Shown here: positions 11,194-21,509 of the stretch, piece by piece | Position numbering within the stretch: position 1 is the first letter of the stretch | Layout of the letters: the number at the start of each line of letters is the position of its first letter | NCBI GenBank assembly: GCA_963664325.2 | Contig: CAXXDQ010000003.1 | Span: 768,001-832,000 of the forward strand | From: Desulfomonilia bacterium | GTDB taxonomy: Bacteria > Desulfobacterota > Desulfomonilia > UBA1062 | Direction: 5' to 3' | Length of the DNA stretch: 64,000 nucleotides | Made by a program: the position numbers and the translations under genes | The notes under the pieces: model-generated | Seen by the model: only the letters and a program-made list of their open reading frames with translations | Told to the model about the DNA's origin: nothing | The model's database searches: none

Positions 11194-12581
11194 ATGAAAA
11201 TACGCTTGATTTTGATAAATAAAGCATTAATATCACTTCTTCTTGTTATCAGTTTTTCATTCGGAATATTCGAATTAAGCAAAATACCATTGTGGATTCC
11301 GAAACTAATTGAAGAATGCCTTGCTATAACAATCTTTTTTTTGGCATGTTTATTCAGGATATCTCATGGGAAAACATTCAACGTATATGGTTTGTTATCG
11401 ATAAGCGGCTTATTGATTGTGGGCATAATATCAGGGGTGCTAACAATATTTATTACATATCAATTTTGCTTTTTGTCAGGGAAATATTGGTATACTATTT
11501 ATTTTTTCTCGGGGTCTTGAACCTTGAGTTATCAGTTGGTTCTGTCAGGCAGATAATATCTTTAATGGTATTACTATTTATTATACAAATCCCAGCCTCA
11601 TGGATTAAATATTTTGCTATAGGTATGGACGAAACTTGGATCGGCACAGTCAGTTATCAAGGCGGGGAATTAGGTCTTTTAGTAACTCTCTTTGCCTGTG
11701 CTTTCCTGATCTCTGCATTTCTATACAAAAAAAAGTTATCTTATTTAATGTGGATAGTATTATTCTTTTTATTTGGAATCATAAATGAAAAGAGGGCAAC
11801 AGTATTCGTTTTCCCTGTTTTATTGGTTTTCTTATTTATCCATTATAATGCGTTAAGTAAAAAAAATGGCTTGCCAAGCCGGTTGCGATCCATCTTCAAA
11901 TTGTTTTCTGTTCGTAGAGTAATTTTAATAACAGCAGCTTTTTCAATTATATTATATTTGGGCGGGAGATTGCTGCCGGATTTTAATCCTGAAAAGAAAG
12001 TCTGGGGATCTTTTGATATTCAACATATGTATGACTATGCTGTCGGGTATGTTTATCGTGATTATTACAGTTATGGGGAGGATTTTAAGGAAAATGAGTA
12101 TTATGTAGATTATGTTAATATCAAAGATGCTCAAAAGGGCCGATTTCGCGTAATTTATGAGGCAAGCAAATGGTTTTTTGAGCAAAGATGGTATGTTATT
12201 TTATTTGGAATGGGAGGAGGAAGTTTTTCCACAAGTTATCTTACAGGAAATTCTCTTGATATAATGTTCGAAAAGATCGGGATAAGAGGTGCAACTCCTT
12301 TTATGATATATATACTTCTGGAAACTGGTATAATTGGATTTATGTTCATGACAAGATTTTTCTACAGAATTTATAAGTCGGTATGGAAACAGTATGGTTT
12401 ATCAAATAATCAAGAGGACAAAATATTCATTCTTGGGCTGTTGGGGGTTTGGTTTGTTTTTGTTTTTGATTCATATGTTTATTCACTAGCAACAATGAAG
12501 TTTGAAATACTAACAGCATCATTTTATTTTCTTCTTGCCATATGCTTGAAAGGGCAAACAGTATCAAGAAGAGGCATTTAG
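11194..12581 (+). CDS. Wzy-like polymerase / O-antigen ligase-family membrane protein; frameshift at ~11440
   Basis: Many TM segments, EKRAT, large periplasmic loop, LFGMGGG, LLETGIIGF. Confidence 0.68.
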
Positions 12582-12607
12582 TTTTTACAAATATAAAATA
12601 AGGTTAT

Positions 12608-13786
12608 GTGATGATAAAAATGAATATCGAATCAGCAAAACAAATATATAATGACTTCATTAATTCATGTAAAAATGAAAAGGGTGATTACAAGTTAACA
12701 CCCAACAGTGAAGAGTCTCCATTTGCATCGTGTTTTGCAATATTCGGACTGAATCTGATCAAAGGTCTTAATATATCTGATGCAAGCTGGGAACTGTATT
12801 CTAAAAAACTATACTCGGGGATACTGGAATATAAAAAAAAGAGATCTTATTTTAATTCTGATCTGAGATTTGATAAATACTTCCTGCAGTTGCTGGCCTT
12901 TTCTTTAAGCGCCTTATACTTAATGGGGGCGAATTATTTTACTAACCTCGAAGAGATAATAAAACCTTTGATTGTAGAAGACATAGGTTGGTATCTTGAA
13001 AAGTCGGGCGCATTAATAGGACAGTCGCAAAGTGGAAACTTGGCAATGTTCATGGCAATTCTTCTTATACATGCCAGAGATTATATGGGCATAAATACCA
13101 GCATTCAACTTGAGCAGTGGATTGAACTGCATTTAAAGGCCATGAATAAATTTGGATTCTGGGGACAGGACGGAAGAGGCATTAAATACCTCCATTTTCA
13201 AAACGGGTATCATCAGTACGAGATTTTTGAATATCTTGGCGTGGATAATCCGATGTTACCTGTTGCTGCAGAAAATGTCGCCCGCCTTGCAGACTCTCAG
13301 GGACATTTTGCACCTTATCCGGGCGGGGGCGGGTGTTATGATTATGACGCGGTTTATATTTTAACCGGCTCAAAGGATATAGCTGAACAATATCGTTCAC
13401 TGTTGATAAAAACTGCTCAATCTATTTTATATGAGCAGAATGCTGATGGCGGATTTTGCGAGTCTCATTATGTCAGACCCAGGTCACTAAAGAATTTATC
13501 TATTTTTATAAGGTTTCTGCTTTCCGGCTACAGAAAGGACTCAGGTGCACAAATGGAATCTGTCCGTAATTTCATCTCTCTGATGCTGCCCAGAAGCAAT
13601 ACTATTGCTACTCACTGGAGTATCTATTCGCGAAGATGGGATGAATCGGATCTGTGGGATTCATGGTTCAGGATGTTAACCCTTGCAAGGATTGAATGTG
13701 CCCTTGGGAATCATGATACAAACAATTGGGGTTTTATTAATTATCCTGGGATCGGTTATCATAATATTCTTCGAAGTCATATGTAA
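12608..13786 (+). CDS. Prenyltransferase/squalene-cyclase-repeat-like protein of unknown function
   Basis: QNADGGF QW-type motif, GGGGCYDYDAV, DLWDSWFRMLTL. Confidence 0.55.
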   Translation: MMIKMNIESAKQIYNDFINSCKNEKGDYKLTPNSEESPFASCFAIFGLNLIKGLNISDASWELYSKKLYSGILEYKKKRSYFNSDLRFDKYFLQLLAFSLSALYLMGANYFTNLEEIIKPLIVEDIGWYLEKSGALIGQSQSGNLAMFMAILLIHARDYMGINTSIQLEQWIELHLKAMNKFGFWGQDGRGIKYLHFQNGYHQYEIFEYLGVDNPMLPVAAENVARLADSQGHFAPYPGGGGCYDYDAVYILTGSKDIAEQYRSLLIKTAQSILYEQNADGGFCESHYVRPRSLKNLSIFIRFLLSGYRKDSGAQMESVRNFISLMLPRSNTIATHWSIYSRRWDESDLWDSWFRMLTLARIECALGNHDTNNWGFINYPGIGYHNILRSHM

Positions 13787-13793
13787 GAATATT

Positions 13794-14961
13794 ATGAGAA
13801 TCTATTATATTTCACCATCGCAGATACCTTCCCGCAGTGCTAATTCAATTCATGTCATACGGATGTGCGAGGCGTTAGCTTCTTTGGGAAATGATGTAAC
13901 CCTGTTTGTCAACAGAACAATAAAACAGGTTGATGATCTAAAAGCATTGCTTGAAAATTACTATGGCGTTTCCCTTAAAGGGGTAAAAGTTGTCTCCTTT
14001 TATAGTCCTTTGTCTTCAGCCCTTAACTTGCAGATCGCCTTATTCTCCATATGTTGCTTAATATTTAATTTAATTAAAGGTAATGGGCCTCAAATTGTAA
14101 TCTCCAGAAATCTTTACGCCTCTTTTCTCCTTTACCGTTTAATGAAAAACAAGCTCATATATGAAACTCATGAAATTGAATACGGGTACAGAAAATCTAT
14201 GCAGACTGCAAATTTTGAAACAACCTTTATTAGTCAAGGTTGTCATATCAAGCGCGCTGCTTGAACTGCTTTCATATCATCACGGCATTAATATAAAAAG
14301 AGTTATGATTCTTCCAGATGCCGCACCTGATGGTATAAAGCCAATATCCGAGAAACAGAAACAGGAAATCCGCAAAGTTCTTATGACAGATAGTTATGAG
14401 AATTATAAAAATATCGTTGGATACTTTGGCCATCTTTACAAAGGGAGAGGAATTGAAATCATTCAGGCTTTGGCTGAGAGGCATCAAGATACCGCATTCA
14501 TGGTATTTGGCGGCAATGATGAACAGATAGAAGTATTCAAGAAGCAAAACCAGCTGAATAATCTGAAGGTAATGGGTTATATCAAGCCTGCAAAAGTACA
14601 TGAAGTAATGAAAGCAATGGATGTTTTGTTAATGCCATATCAGCGGTCAGTTACAATTGGACGGAAACAGGAGACTGATACCGGCAGTTACATGTCACCA
14701 ATGAAAATGTTTGAATACATGGCATCTTGTGTCCCGATTATTTCATCCAGATTGCCTGTTCTTGAAGAGGTGCTTAAAGATGGGGAAAACTGCCTTATGG
14801 CCATACCTGATGATTCTTCCGACTGGTCAATGTGTTTGAGAAGATTATTAAGCGATCAATTGCTGGTTAATAAACTGGCAGAGAATGCATATCGTGGATA
14901 TGAAGCAGAATACAACTGGCGGGCTAGGGCTCAAAAGATTTTAACTGCAGTAAATGTATGA
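13794..14961 (+). CDS. GT4 glycosyltransferase; frameshift at ~14211
   Basis: PSRSANSIHVIRMCEALA N-terminus, YFGHLYKGRG, SPMKMFEYMA; extra A in gcaaattttg. Confidence 0.85.
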
Positions 14962-16031
14962 ATACGAGAAATGTTTTTGTTTTAGTTCCTTCGTTGAATC
15001 CGACCGGGCCTGTTAAAGGGGCTGTTGCTCTTTGTAATGGACTCGTTGAATATATGCCGGTTTCTCTTGTTAGCCTTAAAACATCTTCACCGGACGGGTT
15101 GTTCATCAACCCAAAAGTAAATGTGGTATCTCTTGAAAGGTTTCACAAATGGAAAAAGAAATATGAGACCTACAAGGAGATGCTTAAGTTATCTTCATGC
15201 CAAGCAAAGACTGTTTCAATTTCTTTTTGTTTTTCTGCCGATCTGATAAATAGTTTCATGTTTAATGAAGCTGTTATAATCAGCAGTGTCAGAGGCAACC
15301 TCATAGAGAACTATCGTTATGATTATGGTTTGCCAGGTATTGTTCTTGCGTATTTCCAATATTTTATTCTCAAAAGATTTGATCGTGTTGTGGCAATGTC
15401 TGATTCTATGCTGGATCAGCTGAAAATGCATGGAATACATCGATTGGATAAAATAAATAATTTCATAGATGAAAGATCAATCAAGGATTCATTCAAAAGT
15501 TCCAAGAATAAAATTGAACCATTCAAGTTTGTATTCCTCGGAAGTCTTTCAAGAAGAAAAAGGCCTGAACTTGTTATTAATGCCATTGAAAAGCTAAAGG
15601 GAATCGGAGTGAATTGCGATCTGGATATCGTTGGAGAAGGTCCAATGAGGTCTATTCTGGAAAAGCAGGTTAATAAAGCAGGTATTCCTGATCGGGTCCG
15701 CTTTCATGGCCATCAGCAGAATCCCTATTCTTTTCTGCAATCGGCATGCTGCATGGTTTTACCGTCTGAATCTGAAGGTATGTCAAGGGCTGTACTTGAA
15801 GCTTTGTTTTTTGGTTTGCCATGCATTGTAAGGGATGTTGATGGAAATCGGGAGTTGATCAAATCAGGTTTAAATGGAGACACCTTTATTCGGGATGAAG
15901 AGCTTACTGATGCCATGTATCGAATGACCCAACATGATTTTGCGGATAAAGGCAGACAGAATATGTTACCTGATGATTTTAGACAGGAAACCAATATCAG
16001 GAAGTTTTATGAGCTGATTAACAAGCTTTGA
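14958..16031 (+). CDS. GT4 glycosyltransferase
   Basis: LGSLSRRKRP, VGEGP, PSESEGMSRAVLEA (EX7E). Confidence 0.88.
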   Translation: MNTRNVFVLVPSLNPTGPVKGAVALCNGLVEYMPVSLVSLKTSSPDGLFINPKVNVVSLERFHKWKKKYETYKEMLKLSSCQAKTVSISFCFSADLINSFMFNEAVIISSVRGNLIENYRYDYGLPGIVLAYFQYFILKRFDRVVAMSDSMLDQLKMHGIHRLDKINNFIDERSIKDSFKSSKNKIEPFKFVFLGSLSRRKRPELVINAIEKLKGIGVNCDLDIVGEGPMRSILEKQVNKAGIPDRVRFHGHQQNPYSFLQSACCMVLPSESEGMSRAVLEALFFGLPCIVRDVDGNRELIKSGLNGDTFIRDEELTDAMYRMTQHDFADKGRQNMLPDDFRQETNIRKFYELINKL

Positions 16032-16102
16032 ATTTAGTATTATTCAGAAATATGTTTTCCATAAAGACAATATGACTGTCTACTCATGATTAGAGGTTAG
16101 AA

Positions 16103-16690
16103 TTGATGCTTATAAAAAAGACCAGTGTGCTGCTGGATGACATAAGGCACAATGATTCACTCTGTTATATCAGAGAAGGATTTGGTGGTAGAAAAATCGA
16201 ATATTGGCCGATGTATTCATTTTTTTGCCAATATGTTTCAGGAGATAAAGATGAAGCGATCACTAATTTTTCTCGCTGGTACAGGGGGCAGTTTAATAAA
16301 TATTGCAAGGTCTCAAAACGTTACGGAGGGATGTTGAACGGGTCGCTTTACAAGCTTATTCAGAAAAGACTACGAATAGAGTTTGGAAGACATTTTAAAA
16401 ACCCGGAAGAAGTTAAATCTGCATTTATAGATATGGTAATTCATGAAAGGGTGACACAAAGAATGGAATTGCTTGATGATATCATAAAGAATGGATACAT
16501 TATAAATAGAAGCTATCCTGTTGTTGCAAGGTTAAATAATAATAAAATTTTCATTGAAGACGGGCATCATCGTGCGGCAATTTTAAAGGCACTTGGATAT
16601 GAATCAATACCGGGCGCATTTCTGTTCAAAAGCAATACGGCATTTAGATTGTTCGGGAGATTTTGGCGTATATATAAGGTAATCCTGTGA
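16103..16690 (+). CDS. ParB/sulfiredoxin-fold protein
   Basis: LLDDIIKNGY...PV...IFIEDGHHRAAILKALG. Confidence 0.68.
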   Translation: MMLIKKTSVLLDDIRHNDSLCYIREGFGGRKIEYWPMYSFFCQYVSGDKDEAITNFSRWYRGQFNKYCKVSKRYGGMLNGSLYKLIQKRLRIEFGRHFKNPEEVKSAFIDMVIHERVTQRMELLDDIIKNGYIINRSYPVVARLNNNKIFIEDGHHRAAILKALGYESIPGAFLFKSNTAFRLFGRFWRIYKVIL

Positions 16691-17361
16691 TGATGTCTGA
16701 TAAAGATTACCGGGAATGGATTGACAAGCAGGAATGGTACCAGACAATTGAATTGAACAACGGTTTGATTACCAAGGGTAAGTTTCCGACAAATGATCGA
16801 ATCAGATATTTGGAGGATATTGATTTCAAAGGTAAACATGTCCTGGATGTGGGTTGCAATTCCGGCCAGTATTGTCTTTATGCTAAGAAAAAAGGCGCCC
16901 TGAAAGTTGTCGGAATCGACATAGATGAAATGCGGCTTGAGCAGGCAAAAATCCTGAATGACCAGGAGGGTGCTGGGATCTTCTTTGAAAAGAGATCGAT
17001 ATATGAATTGAATGAACTGGGTAAGTTCGATATTGTTTTGTGTATTGCCGTATTGACTGAGATAACAGACCTCTCAACGGGTATAGATAATTTAAAGAAT
17101 ACCATCGGGGACTATGCTTTCCTGGAGATGGATATTGCCAGGCAGCACTTTTTGTCCATCAATCCCGGGAGGTGGATTAGAAATATCATTGGCCGGAATC
17201 AGGTCAGAGAATACGCCGAGGTCAGGCAGACCAAACGGGGCGACTGGATTGTAAGCCCTTCAATGGTTTTGCTGAAAAAGATGTTCGGTCCCGGATTCAA
17301 GCTGGTCGAACGTGGTCACGGCCTGAGATACCAGATGATAGATGTTTATCGAGTGAAGTAA
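16687..17361 (+). CDS. SAM-dependent methyltransferase (CmoB/DUF1698-like)
   Basis: WYQTIELNNGLITKG, VLDVGCNSG, FDIVLCIAVL; start overlaps the upstream stop (GTGA). Confidence 0.82.
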   Translation: MMMSDKDYREWIDKQEWYQTIELNNGLITKGKFPTNDRIRYLEDIDFKGKHVLDVGCNSGQYCLYAKKKGALKVVGIDIDEMRLEQAKILNDQEGAGIFFEKRSIYELNELGKFDIVLCIAVLTEITDLSTGIDNLKNTIGDYAFLEMDIARQHFLSINPGRWIRNIIGRNQVREYAEVRQTKRGDWIVSPSMVLLKKMFGPGFKLVERGHGLRYQMIDVYRVK

Positions 17362-17388
17362 TCTCTGTTAATATAATTCGGTGTTTCG

Positions 17389-17961
17389 TTGAACATTAAT
17401 TCATACGAAGATTATTACAAATATTTGTCTCAGAGAAGATTACCGGGATTGATTTACAGAAAGTTCTATTTATATCCATTCATTTCCAGATATCTTAAGG
17501 GCAGGGTGTTGGATGTCGGGTGCGGTATCGGCGATTTTTTAGGTTACCGCAAACATACAATTGGTGTTGATATCAACCCGTTTACAGTTTCCTTTTGTAA
17601 AGACAGGGGTTATGAAGCCCATTTAATTGACGGGGGCAGTTTTCCATTTCAGGATGAATCCTTTGACGGTGCAATAATGGATAATGTCCTTGAACATATC
17701 AGTGATCCCGAATCGCTTCTAATTTCTGTCCACAGGGTTTTAAGACATAAAGGTGTATTCGTTGTGGGGGTGCCGGGGATTAAAGGGTTTTATTCGGATT
17801 ACGACCACAAGATCTTTTATGATGAGGATGCACTTATAAAGAAAATTGAAGATTCCGGGTTTATCAGATTTAATTGTATCCACATGCCTTTCAAATCGGG
17901 ATTTCTCAATGAACATATGCGTCAATATTGTATTTATGGAATTTTTATGAAACCCTTTTAA
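17389..17961 (+). CDS. Class I SAM-dependent methyltransferase (type 11-like)
   Basis: VLDVGCGIG, FPFQDESFD, NVLEHI. Confidence 0.85.
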   Translation: MNINSYEDYYKYLSQRRLPGLIYRKFYLYPFISRYLKGRVLDVGCGIGDFLGYRKHTIGVDINPFTVSFCKDRGYEAHLIDGGSFPFQDESFDGAIMDNVLEHISDPESLLISVHRVLRHKGVFVVGVPGIKGFYSDYDHKIFYDEDALIKKIEDSGFIRFNCIHMPFKSGFLNEHMRQYCIYGIFMKPF

Positions 17962-17973
17962 ACCTTATATATA

Positions 17974-18753
17974 ATGAGTGATATTACAATTTCACTGATT
18001 TCATTAAATCAGCTTAACGACCTCAAAAGATTACTTCCGACGTTAATACCTGCCGCTGCATTGGTTAAAGCCCAGGTCATGCTAGTCAATAACCGTTCAA
18101 CAGATGGAACGGTAGAGTTTATCACTGAAAATTATCCAGAGATAACAGTTACAAATAATCTGAGCAGAACCGGTTATGGAGGAAATCACAATATCAATCT
18201 TGAAAAATCAAACACAAACTATTTTGTCATCATGAATTCTGATATATCTGTTGAAACAGATGTTTTCGTTAAGCTGAAAGATTTCATGGACAAGAATTCC
18301 GATGTCGGGATTGTCTCACCCAAAGTATTAAATGGGGACGGTTCTGTTCAGTTGTTAAATAGAAAGTATCCAAGCATATTAAGCCTGCTCTTAAGAAGAT
18401 TTGCACCAAAACGCCTCAGCTTATTATTTAAAACATACCTTGATTCTCACGAAATGAAGGATGTCGGATACGACACCATGTATGAAGTGGAATTTCAGAG
18501 CGGCACTTTCATGTTTTGCAGAACTGAACTGTTAAAGTTGATCGGTGGTTTTGACACCAGATATTTTATGTACTTTGAAGATGCCGATCTGTGCAGAAAG
18601 GTACAGCAAAATAATTTTAAAACAATATATTTCCCAGTGACAACGATTACTCATTTTTGGACAAGGGCTTCATATAACAGCTGGTCCGGCATGTTGCAGC
18701 ATATTCGGAGTGCTGTGATGTATTTTAACAAATGGGGATATAAGTTCTTTTAA
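17974..18753 (+). CDS. GT2 glycosyltransferase (WbbL/rhamnosyltransferase-like)
   Basis: VNNRSTDGT, MNSD, GGFDTRYFMYFEDADLC. Confidence 0.87.
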   Translation: MSDITISLISLNQLNDLKRLLPTLIPAAALVKAQVMLVNNRSTDGTVEFITENYPEITVTNNLSRTGYGGNHNINLEKSNTNYFVIMNSDISVETDVFVKLKDFMDKNSDVGIVSPKVLNGDGSVQLLNRKYPSILSLLLRRFAPKRLSLLFKTYLDSHEMKDVGYDTMYEVEFQSGTFMFCRTELLKLIGGFDTRYFMYFEDADLCRKVQQNNFKTIYFPVTTITHFWTRASYNSWSGMLQHIRSAVMYFNKWGYKFF

Positions 18754-18782
18754 TTTTTGCAATTATCGACTCGTAGTAGAAG

Positions 18783-20294
18783 ATGAATATCTTATTGGAA
18801 AAGACTGGTGAATGGATTGGCGGATTAAGTCATTTACAAATGAACTTGATTGTTTTTTCAATGAGCATACTCGCTTTGATCCCTGCATGGATAAATTATG
18901 ATGTCATAGCCCTGGATGGCGCCAATTATTATGTTCCTTTTGCCAGGTCGATCTGTGAGGGAACGTTTTCCGGATATGCAGACTCGTGGTTTCCTCTGCC
19001 TATATATGAGAATTTAATATGCTGTTTATCAAGAATTTCCGGTTTTGATTTTGAAACATCCGGGAGATTGATATCTTCTGTTTTTTACGTAATTGCTGCA
19101 ATGGGTCTATATAGGTTAACGTTAGCTTTAAGCGATGAAAAAATTGTTGGTTTACTGAGCATTATATTTTTCATTGCGAACAGGCAGTTACTGCAATGTT
19201 CGGTTGATGTTCTAAAGGAATCAATGCTGGTCGCTTTAATAATATGGGGGAATTACTTTGTTTATAGGTCATTAAAATCATCCGGCGGCAAAGTATCATA
19301 TCTGATATCTGGAATTATCTGTTTTGCAGCCGGTTCCATGCTCAGAAGCACTGCGCTTGTATTTATGTTTGCATGGATATTCGTCTGGATATTGTCACCA
19401 AATAAATATTCTTCGATTCGTGTTATAAGCGCTGCAGCTATTTTGATTGCACTGGGATTTATTCTTTACATCTCTGACCTGTCTTATCTTAAGAGAAGCT
19501 ATTCGATATACGATTATAAAACCAGTTTGATAAGCTCCTATACAGATATTGAATATGTTTTCCTTGCATTCATCGATGTTATCAGGAGTTTCTTGAAAAG
19601 ATCGCTTTATCTTTTTGGCCTGTTCGGGATTTTAGGTGTTTATCTGAACTGGAAGTCTGATTTGTCAATTTATGCAAGACATTCGTTTATCGTATTGATT
19701 CTGTCTTTTATCGCCTGTCTGCTAACGGGGTGGAATTATTCCGGCAGAGGGGCTGACAGGTATCTGCTGGCCGGTATAATATATATTATGCCAATGGCTG
19801 CTGTTGCAGTAAAAAAGATTATTTCAGGTAGGAAAAGAGGATTGTTGTACTGGCTGGCTATTTTTACGATTATTGCATGTCCGTTCTTATGGGGCGGCAA
19901 GGCTTTCGCCAGACCTGACATTGACAGGCTGGCAAGTAAAGAAGCAGGTATATGGTTGTTGACGCAATTAGGTCCCAATCAGGATGTAATATCAAACAGG
20001 CCAAGGATTAATTTTTATGCAAACGCCAACATTGTTCCTGTTGCCGAAAACAAAAAGCCGGGCAGTCTTGATAAGCTGATTATGTACAGACAGTTTGATG
20101 GGACACTTTTTGAATTAAAGGATATTGTTGCACCGAAAGAAATAAAAAAACCTATTGCAGTAGACTTGGAGTTGGAAGATGGATTTATCTGGGAAAACCT
20201 GCTGAACAGTTATGGATTTAAGCCGGATAAAAGATTTCAAAGCATAATCGTATATTTACCCAAAAGACAAAATTCATATGGGATTAACAGGTGA
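18783..20294 (+). CDS. Polytopic GT-C fold (ArnT/PMT-like) glycosyltransferase
   Basis: Many TM helices; first loop LDGANYY; DVLKES; DRYL; soluble C-terminal domain. Confidence 0.6.
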   Translation: MNILLEKTGEWIGGLSHLQMNLIVFSMSILALIPAWINYDVIALDGANYYVPFARSICEGTFSGYADSWFPLPIYENLICCLSRISGFDFETSGRLISSVFYVIAAMGLYRLTLALSDEKIVGLLSIIFFIANRQLLQCSVDVLKESMLVALIIWGNYFVYRSLKSSGGKVSYLISGIICFAAGSMLRSTALVFMFAWIFVWILSPNKYSSIRVISAAAILIALGFILYISDLSYLKRSYSIYDYKTSLISSYTDIEYVFLAFIDVIRSFLKRSLYLFGLFGILGVYLNWKSDLSIYARHSFIVLILSFIACLLTGWNYSGRGADRYLLAGIIYIMPMAAVAVKKIISGRKRGLLYWLAIFTIIACPFLWGGKAFARPDIDRLASKEAGIWLLTQLGPNQDVISNRPRINFYANANIVPVAENKKPGSLDKLIMYRQFDGTLFELKDIVAPKEIKKPIAVDLELEDGFIWENLLNSYGFKPDKRFQSIIVYLPKRQNSYGINR

Positions 20295-20427
20295 TCTTTA
20301 CCTGGAATTGGAAAGGTAAGATCTATAAAAGACAGTTATTTCTTCAAGATCATTTAGATGTATTGAAAAGAATAAAAATGTCAAAATTGAGCAATAAAAA
20401 TTGGCTCTAAAAATAAATTAAAAAAAA

Positions 20428-20458
20428 TTGACAAACATCGATATGAGGTTATTATAAA
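20428..20458 (+). promoter_or_regulatory. Putative sigma70 promoter for the sugar transferase
   Basis: TTGACA at 20428-20433 after an A-rich UP-like tract; TATTAT at 16-bp spacing or TATAAA at 19-bp spacing. Confidence 0.5.
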
Positions 20459-20636
20459 TTAATATTAGAGCTTCTTGCAAAAGACCTACATCAGAGAGTG
20501 CTTCGTCATTGTAGTTCTTGCAAAGACTGCATTTTAGGCAAACAACCTCACGAAAGAAACTTGGTCATTCATTCTTTTGTTTCGCAGGAGGCTTATTACT
20601 GAAAGCATTTAAATTTAACTGGGGGGAAATGGCGAA

Positions 20637-21377
20637 ATGCCATCAATTTTCGGATTAGGATATTTTTGTAAAAGACTGCTTGATCTTGTTATTTCCATCA
20701 CAATGCTGCTGCTGCTTTCGCCTTTAATGTTAGTTGTTGCCATTATGATCAGGTACAAACTGGGTTCACCAGTTATTTTCAAACAGGACAGACCCGGCAT
20801 GAACGGCAAGATATTTACCTTATATAAATTCAAGACTCTTCTTGATTTATATGATGAGAATGGAGAGCCTCTCCCTGATAAAGAAAGACTGACTCCATTC
20901 GGTGATTTTCTCAGGTGTTTCAGTCTTGATGAGCTTCCGCAGTTTTATAATGTGCTGAAAGGTGAAATGAGCGCAATAGGACCCAGACCGCAGATGGAAA
21001 AATACTGGGATCTCCTATCGGATGAGCAGAAAGAAATCTTCAATATCAAACCCGGAATAACTGGCTGGGCACAGATTAACGGCCGGAATTTGCTTACGTG
21101 GGAAAAACGGTTTGAACTTGACACCTGGTACCTTCAAAACTGGAGCATCTGGCTGGATATTAAGATTGCATTCATAACAGCCTGGAAAGTAATAATTCGA
21201 GAGGGTGTAAAACATCCGGGACATGCTACGATGATAGAATTCACGGGTAACGGTAAAGCCGTGCATTATGAAAAATGGCAATATGAGAGCGTTAATGGTG
21301 ATATTAACCTTGGTGACAGTCCACACAAACTGGGTAATGGCGATCAGACAGGAAAAGATGCCACTGACTACAACTGA
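20637..21377 (+). CDS. Monotopic priming phosphoglycosyl transferase (PglC-like bacterial sugar transferase)
   Basis: KRLLDL, FKQDRPG, SLDELPQ, GPRP, KPGITGWAQ. Confidence 0.9.
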   Translation: MPSIFGLGYFCKRLLDLVISITMLLLLSPLMLVVAIMIRYKLGSPVIFKQDRPGMNGKIFTLYKFKTLLDLYDENGEPLPDKERLTPFGDFLRCFSLDELPQFYNVLKGEMSAIGPRPQMEKYWDLLSDEQKEIFNIKPGITGWAQINGRNLLTWEKRFELDTWYLQNWSIWLDIKIAFITAWKVIIREGVKHPGHATMIEFTGNGKAVHYEKWQYESVNGDINLGDSPHKLGNGDQTGKDATDYN

Positions 21378-21398
21378 TTAATCATTTGCATATTCATA

Positions 21399-21432
21399 AA
21401 AAAACCGGCGGAATAGAAACCGCCGGTTTTTT
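21399..21432. terminator. Bidirectional rho-independent terminator between convergent genes
   Basis: aaaaaaccggcgg-aatagaaa-ccgccggtttttt. Confidence 0.8.
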
Positions 21433-21468
21433 ATTTAATTGATTTTTTCTCCCCCGATATAATAGGGG

Positions 21469-21497
21469 CATGCCCTTCCGCCGACCGGAAGGGCATG
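21469..21497 (-). terminator. GC-rich hairpin just downstream of the S8 protease
   Basis: catgcccttccg-ccgac-cggaagggcatg, perfect 12-bp stem; no adjacent U-tract. Confidence 0.45.
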
Positions 21498-21509
21498 GGG
21501 GGGTATGGG

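Noticed and set aside
9270-14220. Phase-variable slipped-strand tracts in glycan genes
   Set aside because: Most affected runs are only 2-4 nt (one A7), and similar indels occur in housekeeping pfk, so sequencing error is more likely
8713-16690. Plasmid or chromosome partition system based on the ParB-like motifs
   Set aside because: No parA, no evident HTH and no parS-like array; both genes are embedded in a glycan operon
20535-20600. c-di-GMP-I riboswitch (GGCAAAC...GAAA)
   Set aside because: The downstream GACGCAAAG and second stem elements are absent
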